From contig JBGAML010000023.1 of assembly GCA_044223005.1 (NCBI GenBank), positions 1-64,000 on the forward strand: 64,000 bases of DNA, in the 5' to 3' direction. The notes beneath the pieces are model-generated. The model searched no databases and had not been told where the DNA came from. It saw only the letters and a list, made by a program, of their open reading frames with translations. This DNA comes from Candidatus Eiseniibacteriota bacterium. GTDB taxonomy: Bacteria; Eisenbacteria; RBG-16-71-46. Of this stretch, positions 38,011 through 48,994 are shown one piece after another; within the stretch, counting starts at the first letter, position 1; every line of letters begins with the position of its first letter. A program made the translations under genes and the position numbers.

Positions 38011-38191
38011 GCGCGGCCCCGCCCGGGGTCGCCGCAGCCGCCTCGCTGTGATAGCGTGACGACCCGTGCTGACGTGCACGGGTTCCCTGCCGACGCCGTG
38101 TCGGGCGAGCGACTCGCCCGGGACGGCGCGTCGCGTTTGAGGGTTCCCGGGAACCGGGTCCGGTGAGGCCCGATCAGGGAAGGGGAGGCCG

Positions 38192-39865
38192 ATGGCCAAG
38201 CTCGTCGTGGTGACCGGTGGAGTCGTATCGTCGCTCGGCAAGGGAATCGCCGCAGCGTCGCTCGGGCTGCTGCTCAAGTCGCGCGGATTCCGGGTCACGA
38301 TCCAGAAACTGGATCCCTACTTGAACATCGACCCGGGCACGATGAGCCCGTTCCAGCACGGCGAAGTGTTCGTCACCGACGACGGCGCCGAGACCGACCT
38401 GGACCTCGGCCACTACGAGCGGTTCACCAACGCCTCCGTCACGCGCAGCCACAACGTCACCGCTGGCCAGATCTACGACTCGATCCTCGCGCGCGAGCGC
38501 CGCGGCGACTACCTCGGGCGCACCGTGCAGGTGATCCCGCACGTCACCGACGAGATCAAGAAGCGCATCCTCGGGCTCGGGCTCGCCACGCAGGCCGACG
38601 TGCACATCGTCGAGATCGGTGGCACGGTGGGCGACATCGAGTCGCTGCCGTTCCTCGAGGCCGTGCGCCAGTTGCGGCTCGAGCACCGCCGCGACCTCGT
38701 GTTCGTGCACGTGACGCTGGTGCCGTTCATCAAGGCCGCGGGCGAGGTGAAGACCAAGCCGACGCAGCACTCGGTGAAGGAGCTGCGCGAGATCGGCATC
38801 CAGGCGGACATCCTGCTCTGCCGCAGCGAGGCGCCGCTGCCCTCGGACGTGCGCGAGAAGATCGCGCTCTTCTGCAACGTCCCGACCGAGGCGGTCATCG
38901 CCGCGACGGACGTGAAGTCCATCTACGAGGTACCCGGCGTGTTCCACGAGGGTGGCCTCGACGACCTCGTGGTCTCCATGCTCGGCCTGCCCGACAAGGG
39001 CGTGCAGCCGCCGGACCTCGGCGCGTGGAACGTGTTCGTCGAACGCGTGACGCAGCCGAAGCGCCAGTGCGAGATCGCCATCGTCGGCAAGTACACGCAC
39101 GTGCGCGACGCCTACAAGAGCGTCGTCGAATCACTGATCCACGCCGGCGCCGCCAACGACGCGCGCGTGCAGCTGCGCTGGGTCGAGAGCAGCGACCTCG
39201 AGACGAAGAGCGCCTCGGCGCTGCTCGGCGACGTGGACGGCATCCTCGTGCCCGGCGGCTTCGGCGAGCGCGGGATCGAGGGCAAGATCGCGGCGGTCAA
39301 GTTCGCGCGCGAATCCAGCGTCCCGTACTTCGGGCTCTGCCTGGGGATGCAGGTCGCCACGATCGAGTTCGCGCGCAACGTGGTCGGCTGGGCGGACGCC
39401 AACTCGAGCGAGTTCGACGCCGCCAGCGAGCACAAGGTGATCGACCTGCTCGCCGACCAGGCCGGCGTCACCGAGAAGGGCGGCACCATGCGGCTCGGCG
39501 CCTACCGCTGCGCGCTGCGCGACGGCAGCCTCGCGGCGCGTGCCTACGGCAAGCCCGAGGTCGAGGAGCGCCACCGCCACCGCTACGAGTTCAACAACAA
39601 GTACCAGCACCAGATGACCTCGCGCGGGCTCGTGCTGTCGGGCAAGTGCGTCGGCCGCGAGCTGGTCGAGATCGTCGAGCTGCCCGACCATCCGTGGTTC
39701 CTCGCGGTGCAGTTCCACCCCGAGCTGCGCTCGCGCCCGCAGGATCCGCACCCGCTGTTCACCGACTTCGTGCGCGCGTCGCTCGAACGCCGCCGCGCGC
39801 GGCTCGGCGACGACACGTACGACCCGTCCCACGAGCCCCACACGGAACACTCCGAGACCCCATGA
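38192..39865 (+). CDS. pyrG: CTP synthase
   Basis: [45 protein letters not shown]. Confidence 0.98.
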   Translation: MAKLVVVTGGVVSSLGKGIAAASLGLLLKSRGFRVTIQKLDPYLNIDPGTMSPFQHGEVFVTDDGAETDLDLGHYERFTNASVTRSHNVTAGQIYDSILARERRGDYLGRTVQVIPHVTDEIKKRILGLGLATQADVHIVEIGGTVGDIESLPFLEAVRQLRLEHRRDLVFVHVTLVPFIKAAGEVKTKPTQHSVKELREIGIQADILLCRSEAPLPSDVREKIALFCNVPTEAVIAATDVKSIYEVPGVFHEGGLDDLVVSMLGLPDKGVQPPDLGAWNVFVERVTQPKRQCEIAIVGKYTHVRDAYKSVVESLIHAGAANDARVQLRWVESSDLETKSASALLGDVDGILVPGGFGERGIEGKIAAVKFARESSVPYFGLCLGMQVATIEFARNVVGWADANSSEFDAASEHKVIDLLADQAGVTEKGGTMRLGAYRCALRDGSLAARAYGKPEVEERHRHRYEFNNKYQHQMTSRGLVLSGKCVGRELVEIVELPDHPWFLAVQFHPELRSRPQDPHPLFTDFVRASLERRRARLGDDTYDPSHEPHTEHSETP

Positions 39866-40683
39866 ACCGATTCGCGATCGGGTCCGCCGAAGCCGGCGGC
39901 GACGCGCTGCTGATCGTCGCCGGCCCTTGCGTGGTCGAGAGCGAGGCGATGTGCCTCGAGGTCGCCAGTGCCCTGAAGGCCGCGTGCGCCGCCCGCAAGC
40001 TCCCGTTCGTGTTCAAGGCCTCGTATCGCAAGGCCAACCGCTCGAGCGGCCGCTCGTTCGCGGGCCCGCCCGTGGCCGAGGCGCTCGCCGTGCTCGCGAA
40101 GGTGAAGCGCGAGCTCGGCGTGCCCATCCTCACCGACGTGCACGAGACCGGCGAGATCGCCGCGGCCGCCGAGGTGGCGGATGTGCTGCAGATCCCCGCG
40201 TTCCTCTGCCGCCAGACCGCCCTTCTCGAGGCCGCGGCCGCGAGCGGGCGCGCGGTGAACGTGAAGAAGGGGCAGTTCCTGCCGCCCGCGGACATGAAGA
40301 ACGTGGTCGACAAGCTGACCGGCTCCGGCGGCACGAAGCTCATGCTCACCGAGCGCGGCGCGTCGTTCGGCTACGGCGACCTCGTCGTGGACATGCGCGC
40401 ACTCGTGATCATGCGCGACCTCGGATGGCCCGTGCTCTACGACGCCACGCACAGCCTGCAGCGACCCGGCGGGGCCGAGACCGGGGGCGATCGCCGCTTC
40501 GCGTTCCCGCTGCTGCGCGCCGCGGTCGCGACCGGCGTCGACGGTGTGTTCTTCGAGGCGCATCCCGATCCCGCGCGGGCGCTGAGCGACGCCGCGACGC
40601 AGCTGCCGCTCGCGCAGGTGGACGCGTTCCTCGACGAAGCCGTCCGCGTGCACGCGGCCGTGAAGGAGAGCACCCGTGGCTGA
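39862..40683 (+). CDS. kdsA: KDO 8-phosphate synthase
   Basis: [38 protein letters not shown]. Confidence 0.96.
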   Translation: MNRFAIGSAEAGGDALLIVAGPCVVESEAMCLEVASALKAACAARKLPFVFKASYRKANRSSGRSFAGPPVAEALAVLAKVKRELGVPILTDVHETGEIAAAAEVADVLQIPAFLCRQTALLEAAAASGRAVNVKKGQFLPPADMKNVVDKLTGSGGTKLMLTERGASFGYGDLVVDMRALVIMRDLGWPVLYDATHSLQRPGGAETGGDRRFAFPLLRAAVATGVDGVFFEAHPDPARALSDAATQLPLAQVDAFLDEAVRVHAAVKESTRG

Positions 40684-41194
40684 CGCCCCGTTCGCGCATC
40701 CGGTCAAGATCCTGTTCCTCGACGTGGACGGTACGCTGACCAACGGCGTGATCGGGCACACGCGCCAGGGCGACTACCGCAGCTTCTGGGTGAAGGACGG
40801 CCTCGCGCTCGAGTGGGCGCGCGAACTGGGCGTGCTGCCGGTGGTGATCTCGGCGCGGCCCTCGGAAGCCGTCGAGGCGCGCATGCGCGAGCTCAAGCTC
40901 GAGTACTACCTCGACGCGAAGGACAAGGTTGCCGTCGCTGACCGCGTGCGTGAGCGCGAGGGCGTGCGCTGGGACGAGTGCGTGATGGTGGGCGACGACT
41001 TCCCGGACGTGCCCCTGCTCAAGCGCGTCGGCTGGCCCATCACCGTGCCCGAGTCCGCGCCCGAGGTGCGGGCCGTCGCCAAGTACGTCACCACCGCGCG
41101 CGCCGGGTTCGGCGCCGTGCGCGAGGTGGTCGAGATGGTGCTCCGTCACAACGGTGCCTGGCCGCGCGTGCTGGCCAAGTACGAGATTTCGTGA
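40676..41194 (+). CDS. kdsC: KDO 8-phosphate phosphatase (HAD family)
   Basis: DVDGTLT, F.VKDG, GDDFPD, GAVREV. Confidence 0.92.
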   Translation: MADAPFAHPVKILFLDVDGTLTNGVIGHTRQGDYRSFWVKDGLALEWARELGVLPVVISARPSEAVEARMRELKLEYYLDAKDKVAVADRVREREGVRWDECVMVGDDFPDVPLLKRVGWPITVPESAPEVRAVAKYVTTARAGFGAVREVVEMVLRHNGAWPRVLAKYEIS

Positions 41195-42165
41195 TGGCGA
41201 TCGACCTGGTCGCGCGCGCGAAGGAGGTCGTCCGCACCGAGGCGCAGGCCGTCGCCGCGCTCGAGGGCCGCATCGACGCCAGCTTCGAGCGCGCCGTGCG
41301 CCAACTCGCCGAGTGCCGTGGCAAAGTGATCGTCTCGGGCGTCGGCAAGTCCGGCCTGCTCGGCCAGAAGCTCGCGGCCACGCTCACCAGCACCGGTACG
41401 CCGTCGGTGTTCCTGCATCCCGCCGACGCGCTGCACGGCGACGCCGGGCTCTTCTCGCCGGGCGACGTGGCGCTGTTCCTCTCCAAGAGCGGTGCCACCG
41501 ACGAACTGCTCGCGCTGATGCCGTACCTCGAGCGGCACCACATCGCGCTCGTCTCGATCGTGGTGCAGCCCGGCTCGCCGCTCGCGCAGAAGAGCGACGT
41601 CGCGATCGTACTCGGGCCCGTCGCCGAGGCCTGCCCGCTCGACCTCACGCCGACCACGAGCATCACGCTCACGCAGGTGATGGGCGACTGCCTGGCGATC
41701 GCGCTCATGGAGCTGCGCGGCTTCCAGCCCGACGACTTCCGCTTCCTGCACCCCGGCGGCGTGATCGGCCGCGCCGCCGCGCGCCGCGTGGGCGAACTGA
41801 TGCACGCGGGCGAGGCGCTGCCGTGCGTGGGCGAGGGCACCGCGCTGCGCGACGTCATGCTCGAGATCATGAACAAGCGCCTCGGGATCACCGCGGTCGT
41901 GGACGGCGCCGGGCGGCTCTCGGGCGTCGTCACGGACGGCGACTTCAAGCGCATCCTGCTCGCGCATCCCGATCCATGGGCGCTGCGCGCGTCCGAGGTG
42001 ATGGGCCGCACGCCGAGCACGATCGGCCCCGACGCGCTCGTGGCCGCCGCCGTGCGGCAGATGGAGGAACGGCCCCAGGGCGCGATCACCAGCCTGATCG
42101 TGGTCGATGACGCCCAGGAGCCGATCGGCATCCTGCACCTGCACGACTGCCTGCGCTCGGGGTAG
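41194..42165 (+). CDS. kdsD: Arabinose 5-phosphate isomerase (KpsF/GutQ, SIS plus CBS domains)
   Basis: GVGKSG, STGTP, HGDAG, PTTS, HPGG, CBS pair. Confidence 0.94.
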   Translation: MAIDLVARAKEVVRTEAQAVAALEGRIDASFERAVRQLAECRGKVIVSGVGKSGLLGQKLAATLTSTGTPSVFLHPADALHGDAGLFSPGDVALFLSKSGATDELLALMPYLERHHIALVSIVVQPGSPLAQKSDVAIVLGPVAEACPLDLTPTTSITLTQVMGDCLAIALMELRGFQPDDFRFLHPGGVIGRAAARRVGELMHAGEALPCVGEGTALRDVMLEIMNKRLGITAVVDGAGRLSGVVTDGDFKRILLAHPDPWALRASEVMGRTPSTIGPDALVAAAVRQMEERPQGAITSLIVVDDAQEPIGILHLHDCLRSG

Positions 42166-42172
42166 GGGCGCC

Positions 42173-43315
42173 TCACGCCGCCTCGAGCAACGCTCGGCGG
42201 CTCCCCGGGCGGCGCGCGCGCAGCCAGCGTCGCGCGGGCTCCTCGACCGTCCGGTGCACGAGCAGCGATGCCGCGAGCGCCACGCCGACGAACGTCGCGG
42301 CGAACCACGGCGAATGCACGTCGGCTCCGAGCCGCGCCGCGCTCCGCACCATGTGATCCAGGATCGGCATGTGCACGAGGTAGAGCGCGTAGCTGGCTTC
42401 GCCGAGTCGTACGATCGCCGGATGCGCGCACGCGCGAGCGAGCACGCCTTCGCCGCTCGCGAGCCCCGCGATCAGCAGCAGCGCGACCGGCGCGAGGCCG
42501 ACCGTGTGCAGGATCGGGTAGGGCAGCCGTCCGGACGCGAGCACGGCCCACAGCACCCCGACCGCCACGAGTGCCGCGGGCGCGCCCCACTCGGCGGAGG
42601 GCAGGCCGCGGCGCCGCACGATCACGCCGAGCGTGGCGCCCATCGCGAACGAGGGAAAATGGAGCGGCGGCCAGAACTTGACGGCGTCGAGCCACCACGA
42701 GCCCGCGAGCGGCGTCGCCGCCGCGCCGAGGTGGTCCGGACGCAGCGCGACGTAGGCGATCGGAGCCACGAGGCCCGTGAGCCACAGCGCGCCGGCGGTC
42801 GCGAACAGGCGGCGCGTCGGCTGCGGCCGCAGGAGCGCGAGGAGCACGGGGAACGCGAGGTAGAAGGCGGCCTCGTTGGAGAGCGACCAGCCCGGCGAGT
42901 TGAACACGGCCGCGTACTGCGGAAGCCACGCCTGCACCATCGCGAGCGTGCCCGCACCTCCCAGCAGCAGCGTGTGGTGATGGTGGCCGTGCGCGGCGAG
43001 GAAGAGCGGCAGGGCCAGCGCGAGCGAGAGCAGGTAGACCGGCACGATGCGCGCGACGCGCGCCCAGAGGAACTCGCCGGTCGAGGCCTGCGACCCGAAG
43101 TACGAGTAGGCGAGGATGAAGCCGGAGAGCACGAAGAAGATCGTGACGCCGGCATAGCCGTTCGCGACCAGCGGTCCGAACGCGAGCGAGAGGGCCCGCG
43201 GCGACGGCAGCCGGGGCTGCAGCGCGAGTGAGACGTGGAAGAGCAGGACGAAAATGGCCGCGAAGAAGCGCAGGCCGGTGAGCGCCGGCAGCGCGGCGGG
43301 ACGTGCATTCGACAT
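42173..43315 (-). CDS. Acyltransferase family 3 (OafA-like membrane O-acyltransferase)
   Basis: LTGLRFFAA, GVTIFFVLSGFIL, WSLSNEAAFYL, GEASYALYLVH, VEEP. Confidence 0.92.
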   Translation of the reverse strand: MSNARPAALPALTGLRFFAAIFVLLFHVSLALQPRLPSPRALSLAFGPLVANGYAGVTIFFVLSGFILAYSYFGSQASTGEFLWARVARIVPVYLLSLALALPLFLAAHGHHHHTLLLGGAGTLAMVQAWLPQYAAVFNSPGWSLSNEAAFYLAFPVLLALLRPQPTRRLFATAGALWLTGLVAPIAYVALRPDHLGAAATPLAGSWWLDAVKFWPPLHFPSFAMGATLGVIVRRRGLPSAEWGAPAALVAVGVLWAVLASGRLPYPILHTVGLAPVALLLIAGLASGEGVLARACAHPAIVRLGEASYALYLVHMPILDHMVRSAARLGADVHSPWFAATFVGVALAASLLVHRTVEEPARRWLRARRPGSRRALLEAA

Positions 43316-43713
43316 CGTTCGGGTCCGTGCGTGTGAAGTGAATCCGCGGGCCGAACGATGCGAGAGGGTCGGCGGCCGATGCGGCGGCGGGGGATGCGCC
43401 ACCTGCAGCCGGGAAACGCGGTGCCTGCGATGCGTCGAGCGGATCTCCCGGCGGGGGGCGCTCGCATCGGCGGATCGTTTCGATCCGCGGACAGAATCGT
43501 CGCATGCTTCTCGCGCCCGTGTCGAGCGCTCGGCCGCGAAATCGCGCGCGTGGGCCGCCGCCGTTCGGGCGCGCGAAACCGCGGCCTCGCGCGCCCGGAA
43601 GGATTCGGACATGCGACGGCACCGATCCGGACCTCGCCGCGCCCGAGGCGTGATTCGTGCGAGTCCCGGCCGTGGCGCCCGCGTGAGTCCGCCCGGTACG
43701 CGGTGAGGCCGCG

Positions 43714-44541
43714 CTACTTCGCGAAGAACTCCAGCACGCGCGGGTTGACGACGTCCCAGCGCTCGATCATCGCGCTGTGCGAGGCGTTCGGCACGATCCA
43801 CATCTCGGCGCCGGGGATCGCGTGCGCGAGCTGCTCGGTGTGGTCGCGGCGGATCAGGTCGTGGTCGCCCGCACAGATCAGGCACTTCGCGCGGATCGTG
43901 TGCAGGTCCGCGAGCGACCACCTGGGCAGCGTGCGCCACATGGCGATGATCTTGTTCATCGCCTCCTCGTAGTGCTCCGGCTGCGGGTTCAGCTGGGTCC
44001 AGCCTTCCTTCATGCCCGGGCCGAAGCTCTCGGCGGTCGCGGTGCTGTTCCACTCGACGTCCTGCGGGTTCAGGCCGTCGGGCTGGAAGTTGGCGCCGAA
44101 CGTGACCAGGTGCTTCACGCGATCGGGATGGTGCATGGCCATGTCGAGTCCGATGTTGCCGCCGTCGCTCCAGCCCATGATGTCGACGCGCTTCACATGC
44201 AGCCGGTCGAGCAGCGCGATCATGTCCTCGGCCATCGCGTGGTACGTGAGCGGCCCGGGCCGGTCGGAGGTGCGGCCCTGCGCGCAGCAGTCGGGGACGA
44301 TGCAGCGGTAGTGAGGCGTGAACGCCGGCAGCTGCTTCTCGAACTGCATGCCGTTGCCCGCGCCGCCGTGGAGCAGGAGCAGCGGCGGGCCGGCGCCGTG
44401 GAGTTCGTAGTACATGCGGATGCCGTGGGTCACGAGCACGTGGCCGGCATCGCCGGCGTCGCAGGCCGTCGCGGCCAGGAGCGCGGCGACGGCGGCGGCG
44501 AAGAGCGGGCGCGAGAGGCGCGGGAAGGGAAGGGAGAGCAT
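43714..44541 (-). CDS. Alpha/beta hydrolase with a signal or lipoprotein-like N-terminus
   Basis: LLHGG, GWSDGG nucleophile elbow, GDHD, ASH. Confidence 0.9.
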   Translation of the reverse strand: MLSLPFPRLSRPLFAAAVAALLAATACDAGDAGHVLVTHGIRMYYELHGAGPPLLLLHGGAGNGMQFEKQLPAFTPHYRCIVPDCCAQGRTSDRPGPLTYHAMAEDMIALLDRLHVKRVDIMGWSDGGNIGLDMAMHHPDRVKHLVTFGANFQPDGLNPQDVEWNSTATAESFGPGMKEGWTQLNPQPEHYEEAMNKIIAMWRTLPRWSLADLHTIRAKCLICAGDHDLIRRDHTEQLAHAIPGAEMWIVPNASHSAMIERWDVVNPRVLEFFAK

Positions 44542-44700
44542 GGCCGGAACCTAACACGCACCCGGCGGCTCCCCCGGCAGCCCCGTGCATCCAAAGGAGG
44601 TTGCCCACCTGCGCGTCGGATCGTCGACGGTGGCGCTCCGCGCCGGTGAAGTTCCGGGGCCCCGAAACCGATAACTCCTTCGGAGAAGGCCTCGGAGAAC

Positions 44701-44745
44701 GTGGCACAGGCTGTGCTTGCGCAGGCCATGAGCCCTTGCTAGCGT
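44701..44745 (+). promoter_or_regulatory. Sigma54 site immediately followed by a sigma70-type promoter for the lptC-lptB-rpoN operon
   Basis: TGGCACAGGCTGTGC (GG-N10-GC, 44702-44716), then TTGCGC-N17-TAGCGT (44717-44745). Confidence 0.65.
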
Positions 44746-44795
44746 GGCCACGCAGGGAATTGGACGACTCGCCGCTCACCTTCGCCGGGATCCAC

Positions 44796-45373
44796 ATGAT
44801 CGCTCCGCGCAGCACCCCGATCCTCGGGGGCATCGCCCTGGCCGTGCTGCTGGTCCTGGGTGGCTGCTCGGGCAACCGCAAGGCGAGCCCGATCGGTTCG
44901 GGTGGCGACCTGCCCGACCAGGAGGTCACGGACTTCGTGCTGACGGAGACGGACCAGGGCCGGCCGCAGTGGACGCTGTACGCGCATCGCGCCGCGACCT
45001 ACCAGGCGAAGAACCTGGTCGTGTCGCAGGACGTGCGCGTGGACTTCTTCGACGACAAGGGCGCGCGCTCCTCCGAACTGACGGCGCGCGAGGGCGAGAT
45101 CCAGCAGCAGACGCGCGACATGACGGCGCGCGGGCACGTGGTGCTCCAGACGGCGGAGGGAACCCGCATGACGACGGAGGAGCTGCACTTCAGCAACCAG
45201 GCGCAGCAGATCACCTCCGACAGGCTCGTGCGCGTCGAGCGGAACGGGGACGTGCTCGAGGGCACCGGGTTCGCGTCCGATCCCAACCTGCACCACTTCG
45301 AGTTCAAGACCAAGGTCACGGCCACCGTGCGCACGCGCACCGGCGGCGTGATCGAGTCGCGTGGAGGGGGCAA

Positions 45374-45377
<4 letters not shown>
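44796..45377 (+). CDS. lptC: LPS export protein LptC
   Basis: N-terminal anchor (LLVLGGC), beta-jellyroll-like pattern (W.L.A..A, GHVVL, TEELHF, ITSD..V), position before lptB. Confidence 0.85.
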
Positions 45378-46141
<764 letters not shown>

Positions 46142-46152
46142 GGACGGCGCCC

Positions 46153-47589
46153 ATGGAAATGAAACACTCGCTCCACCTGCAGCAGAAGCAGACGCTCATC
46201 ATGACGCCGCGTCTGCAGCAGGCGCTCAAGCTGCTCCAGGTGCCGACGCTCGAACTGCAGCAGATCCTCAAGCAGGAGGTGCTGCAGAACCCGCTGCTCG
46301 AAGAAGTCGACGAGGTCACCGAGCAGGAGGACATCGAGAAGGACAATTCCGCCGACGAGCAGGCGAACCAGGAGTCGGAGGATCCCGCGGAAGAGGATCC
46401 GATCGACTGGAGCGAGTACATGCAGGACGGCGCGCTCGACCGCACGTACGTGCCGCAGAGCGAGACGAGCGTCGAGTTCCTCGAGAAGGTGCCGGTGACG
46501 CGCACGACGCTCGCCGAGAGCCTGCTCGAGCAGCTCCACTTCCTGAACCTGCCCGAGCGCCAGATGCGGATCGCGGAGTTCCTCGTCGGCTCGCTCGACG
46601 ACCGCGGCTGGGTCGTCACGCCGATGGACGAGATCGTCGAGGTGCTGGGCGCGCCGCTCGAGGAGATCGAGCCGGTGCTGCTGGTGGTGCAGGCCCTGGA
46701 GCCGGCGGGCGTCGGCGCGCGCGACCTGCGCGAGTGCCTGCTGATCCAGCTCGACGCCCGCGGCGACCGTGACACCATGCCGTGGCGGCTGATCCACGAC
46801 CACTTCGATCACCTCGTGAACCGCCGCTTCCCCGAGATCGCGCGCCTGCTCAAGGTGTCGGTCGAGGACGTGCAGGCCGCGGCCGACGAGATCGCGACGC
46901 TCAACCCGCGGCCCGGCACCTCGGTGTCGGCCGAGGACCCCAAGTACGTCGTGCCGGACCTGCTCGTCGAGCGCGTGGACGAGGAGTACGTGGTCATGCT
47001 GAACGACCGCAACGTGCCCCGGCTGCGCATCTCGTCCGCCTACGAGAGCGTGATCCGCGAGCGCAAGAAGCAGGGCGCGACCACCGAGGAGAAGCAGACC
47101 CGGGAGTACATCCAGGGCAAGCTCGCCTCGGCCAAGTGGCTGATCCAGACGATCGAGCAGCGCCGCCGCACGATGATCAAGGTGATGAACTGCATCGTGC
47201 GCGAACAGCGCGAGTTCTTCGACAAGGGGATCGCCTTCCTCCGGCCCCTCACGCTGGCGCAGGTGGCGCGCCAGATCGACATGCACGAGTCCACGGTGAG
47301 CCGCGTCTGCAGCGGCAAGTACGTGCAGACGCCGCGTGGCGTCTTCGAGCTGAAGTTCTACTTCTCGAGTGGTCTCGAGACGGACGACGGCGAGGACGTG
47401 TCGGCGCGCACCGCGAAGGACATCATCAAGACGCTCATCGACGAGGAGGACAAGAAGGATCCGCTGTCCGATCAGCGCATCGCGGAGCTCCTCCACGAGA
47501 AGGGGCTGCACATCGCGCGCCGGACGGTGGCGAAGTACCGCGAACAGTTGAACATCCTGCCGGCGCGGTTCCGCCGGCGGGTCGCCTGA
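46153..47589 (+). CDS. rpoN: RNA polymerase sigma-54 factor
   Basis: MTPRLQQALKLLQ, HESTVSR, RpoN box ARRTVAKYRE. Confidence 0.98.
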   Translation: MEMKHSLHLQQKQTLIMTPRLQQALKLLQVPTLELQQILKQEVLQNPLLEEVDEVTEQEDIEKDNSADEQANQESEDPAEEDPIDWSEYMQDGALDRTYVPQSETSVEFLEKVPVTRTTLAESLLEQLHFLNLPERQMRIAEFLVGSLDDRGWVVTPMDEIVEVLGAPLEEIEPVLLVVQALEPAGVGARDLRECLLIQLDARGDRDTMPWRLIHDHFDHLVNRRFPEIARLLKVSVEDVQAAADEIATLNPRPGTSVSAEDPKYVVPDLLVERVDEEYVVMLNDRNVPRLRISSAYESVIRERKKQGATTEEKQTREYIQGKLASAKWLIQTIEQRRRTMIKVMNCIVREQREFFDKGIAFLRPLTLAQVARQIDMHESTVSRVCSGKYVQTPRGVFELKFYFSSGLETDDGEDVSARTAKDIIKTLIDEEDKKDPLSDQRIAELLHEKGLHIARRTVAKYREQLNILPARFRRRVA

Positions 47590-47643
47590 GCATCGCACCG
47601 ACCTTCACGGTTCGCGTCCATCCGCGAGCGCAGGAGGAACGCC

Positions 47644-48009
47644 GTGCAGATCAGCATCACTGCTCGTCATTGCGAGATCTCCCCGGGCGTGCGGCAGTTC
47701 GCGCAGCAGCGCCTGGAGAAGCTGCAGAAATACGCCGGTGACATCCACGGAGTGCACGTGGTCGTGACGCAGGAACGCGCGGCACACGCCGCCGAAATCA
47801 CGATCCGCCTCGACGGCCACGAAGTCGTCGTGACGCAGGAGCACGCCGAGGCCGGCGCCGCCATCGAGCTGGCCGCCGACCGGATGGAGGAGCAGCTCCG
47901 CCGGCACAAGGACCGCCGCCTCGACCGCGCCCAGCGCGCGGGGTCGGACAAGGGCGCCAACGGCGTCGCGCCGCCCGACGACGACGACGAGTTCGGCGAC
48001 GAGGAATGA
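47644..48009 (+). CDS. hpf: Ribosome hibernation promoting factor (short form, acidic tail)
   Basis: MQISITARH, AIE.AADRMEEQLRRHK; follows rpoN. Confidence 0.9.
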   Translation: MQISITARHCEISPGVRQFAQQRLEKLQKYAGDIHGVHVVVTQERAAHAAEITIRLDGHEVVVTQEHAEAGAAIELAADRMEEQLRRHKDRRLDRAQRAGSDKGANGVAPPDDDDEFGDEE

Positions 48010-48022
48010 GCCAGGAGGCCGC

Positions 48023-48994
48023 GTGAAGACGCTCGGCATCGCGCGCCTGTTCGAGGACCAGCGTGAGGAGCTCCAACTGGAGCTCCTCACCGATTCGCTG
48101 GCCTCGAAGTCGGAGATCGCGGTCAGCGACACGAACCGCCCCGGCATGGCGCTCATGGGCTTCGTGGAGAACTTCCTCCCGGAGCGCATCCAGATCATCG
48201 CCCAGACGGAACTGACGTACCTCGCGTCGCTGCCGCCCGCGGGCGTGCGCGACGCCCTCGACCGCCTGTTCCAGTTCACGATGCCGCTGATCGTGGTCTG
48301 CAAGGGCCTCGAAGTGCCGCCCTACATGATCAAGCGGGCCAACGAGTGCTCGGTGCCGATCCTGCGGACGCCGCAGAGCACGACGCCGTTCATCCACTCG
48401 CTGACCAGCTACCTCGACTACATGTTCGCGCCCACGGTGAGCGTGCACGGCTCGCTCGTGGACGTGTACGGCTGCGGGCTGCTGTTCACCGGCCGCAGCG
48501 CGATCGGCAAGTCCGAGACCGCGCTGGACCTGGTCGAGCGCGGGCACCGGCTCGTGGCCGACGACGTCGTCACGATCACGCGCCGCCACGGCGACGTGCT
48601 GATCGGGCGCGGCAACCAGCTCCTGCGGCACCACATGGAGATCCGCGGCCTCGGGATCATCGACGTGCAGAGCGTGTTCGGCATCCGCTCGATCCGCCTG
48701 CAGAAGCGCGTCGAGGTCGAGGTCAACCTGCGCGAGTGGTCCGACGACGAGGAGTACGAGCGCGTCGGCATCGACGAGCGCAAGACCAACATCCTCGGCG
48801 TCGAGATCCCGCTCGTGCAGGTACCGATCACGCCGGGAAAGAACATCACCGTCATCGCCGAGGTGATCGCGCTCAATTACCTGGTCAAGGTCTACGGCGG
48901 TCTCTCGCCGGCCGAGAAGCTGAACCAGCACATGCTCGAGGTCATGAAGCGCAAGAGCGCGGCTCGGCAGTGGGTGCGGGAGGACACGGAGTGA
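48023..48994 (+). CDS. hprK: HPr kinase/phosphorylase
   Basis: NRPG, HGSLVDVYG.G, G.S.IGKSETALDL, HRLVADD, EIRGLGII. Confidence 0.96.
   Translation: MKTLGIARLFEDQREELQLELLTDSLASKSEIAVSDTNRPGMALMGFVENFLPERIQIIAQTELTYLASLPPAGVRDALDRLFQFTMPLIVVCKGLEVPPYMIKRANECSVPILRTPQSTTPFIHSLTSYLDYMFAPTVSVHGSLVDVYGCGLLFTGRSAIGKSETALDLVERGHRLVADDVVTITRRHGDVLIGRGNQLLRHHMEIRGLGIIDVQSVFGIRSIRLQKRVEVEVNLREWSDDEEYERVGIDERKTNILGVEIPLVQVPITPGKNITVIAEVIALNYLVKVYGGLSPAEKLNQHMLEVMKRKSAARQWVREDTE

Noticed and set aside
43400..43500. c-di-GMP-I riboswitch upstream of the acyltransferase
   Set aside because: A GAAA hairpin is present but the GCAAAC / GACGCAAAG core is not.
44592..44700. Strong SD-like AAAGGAGGT upstream of lptC, implying a small ORF or a longer LptC
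   Set aside because: No properly spaced ATG/GTG start, and the extension lies upstream of the predicted promoters.
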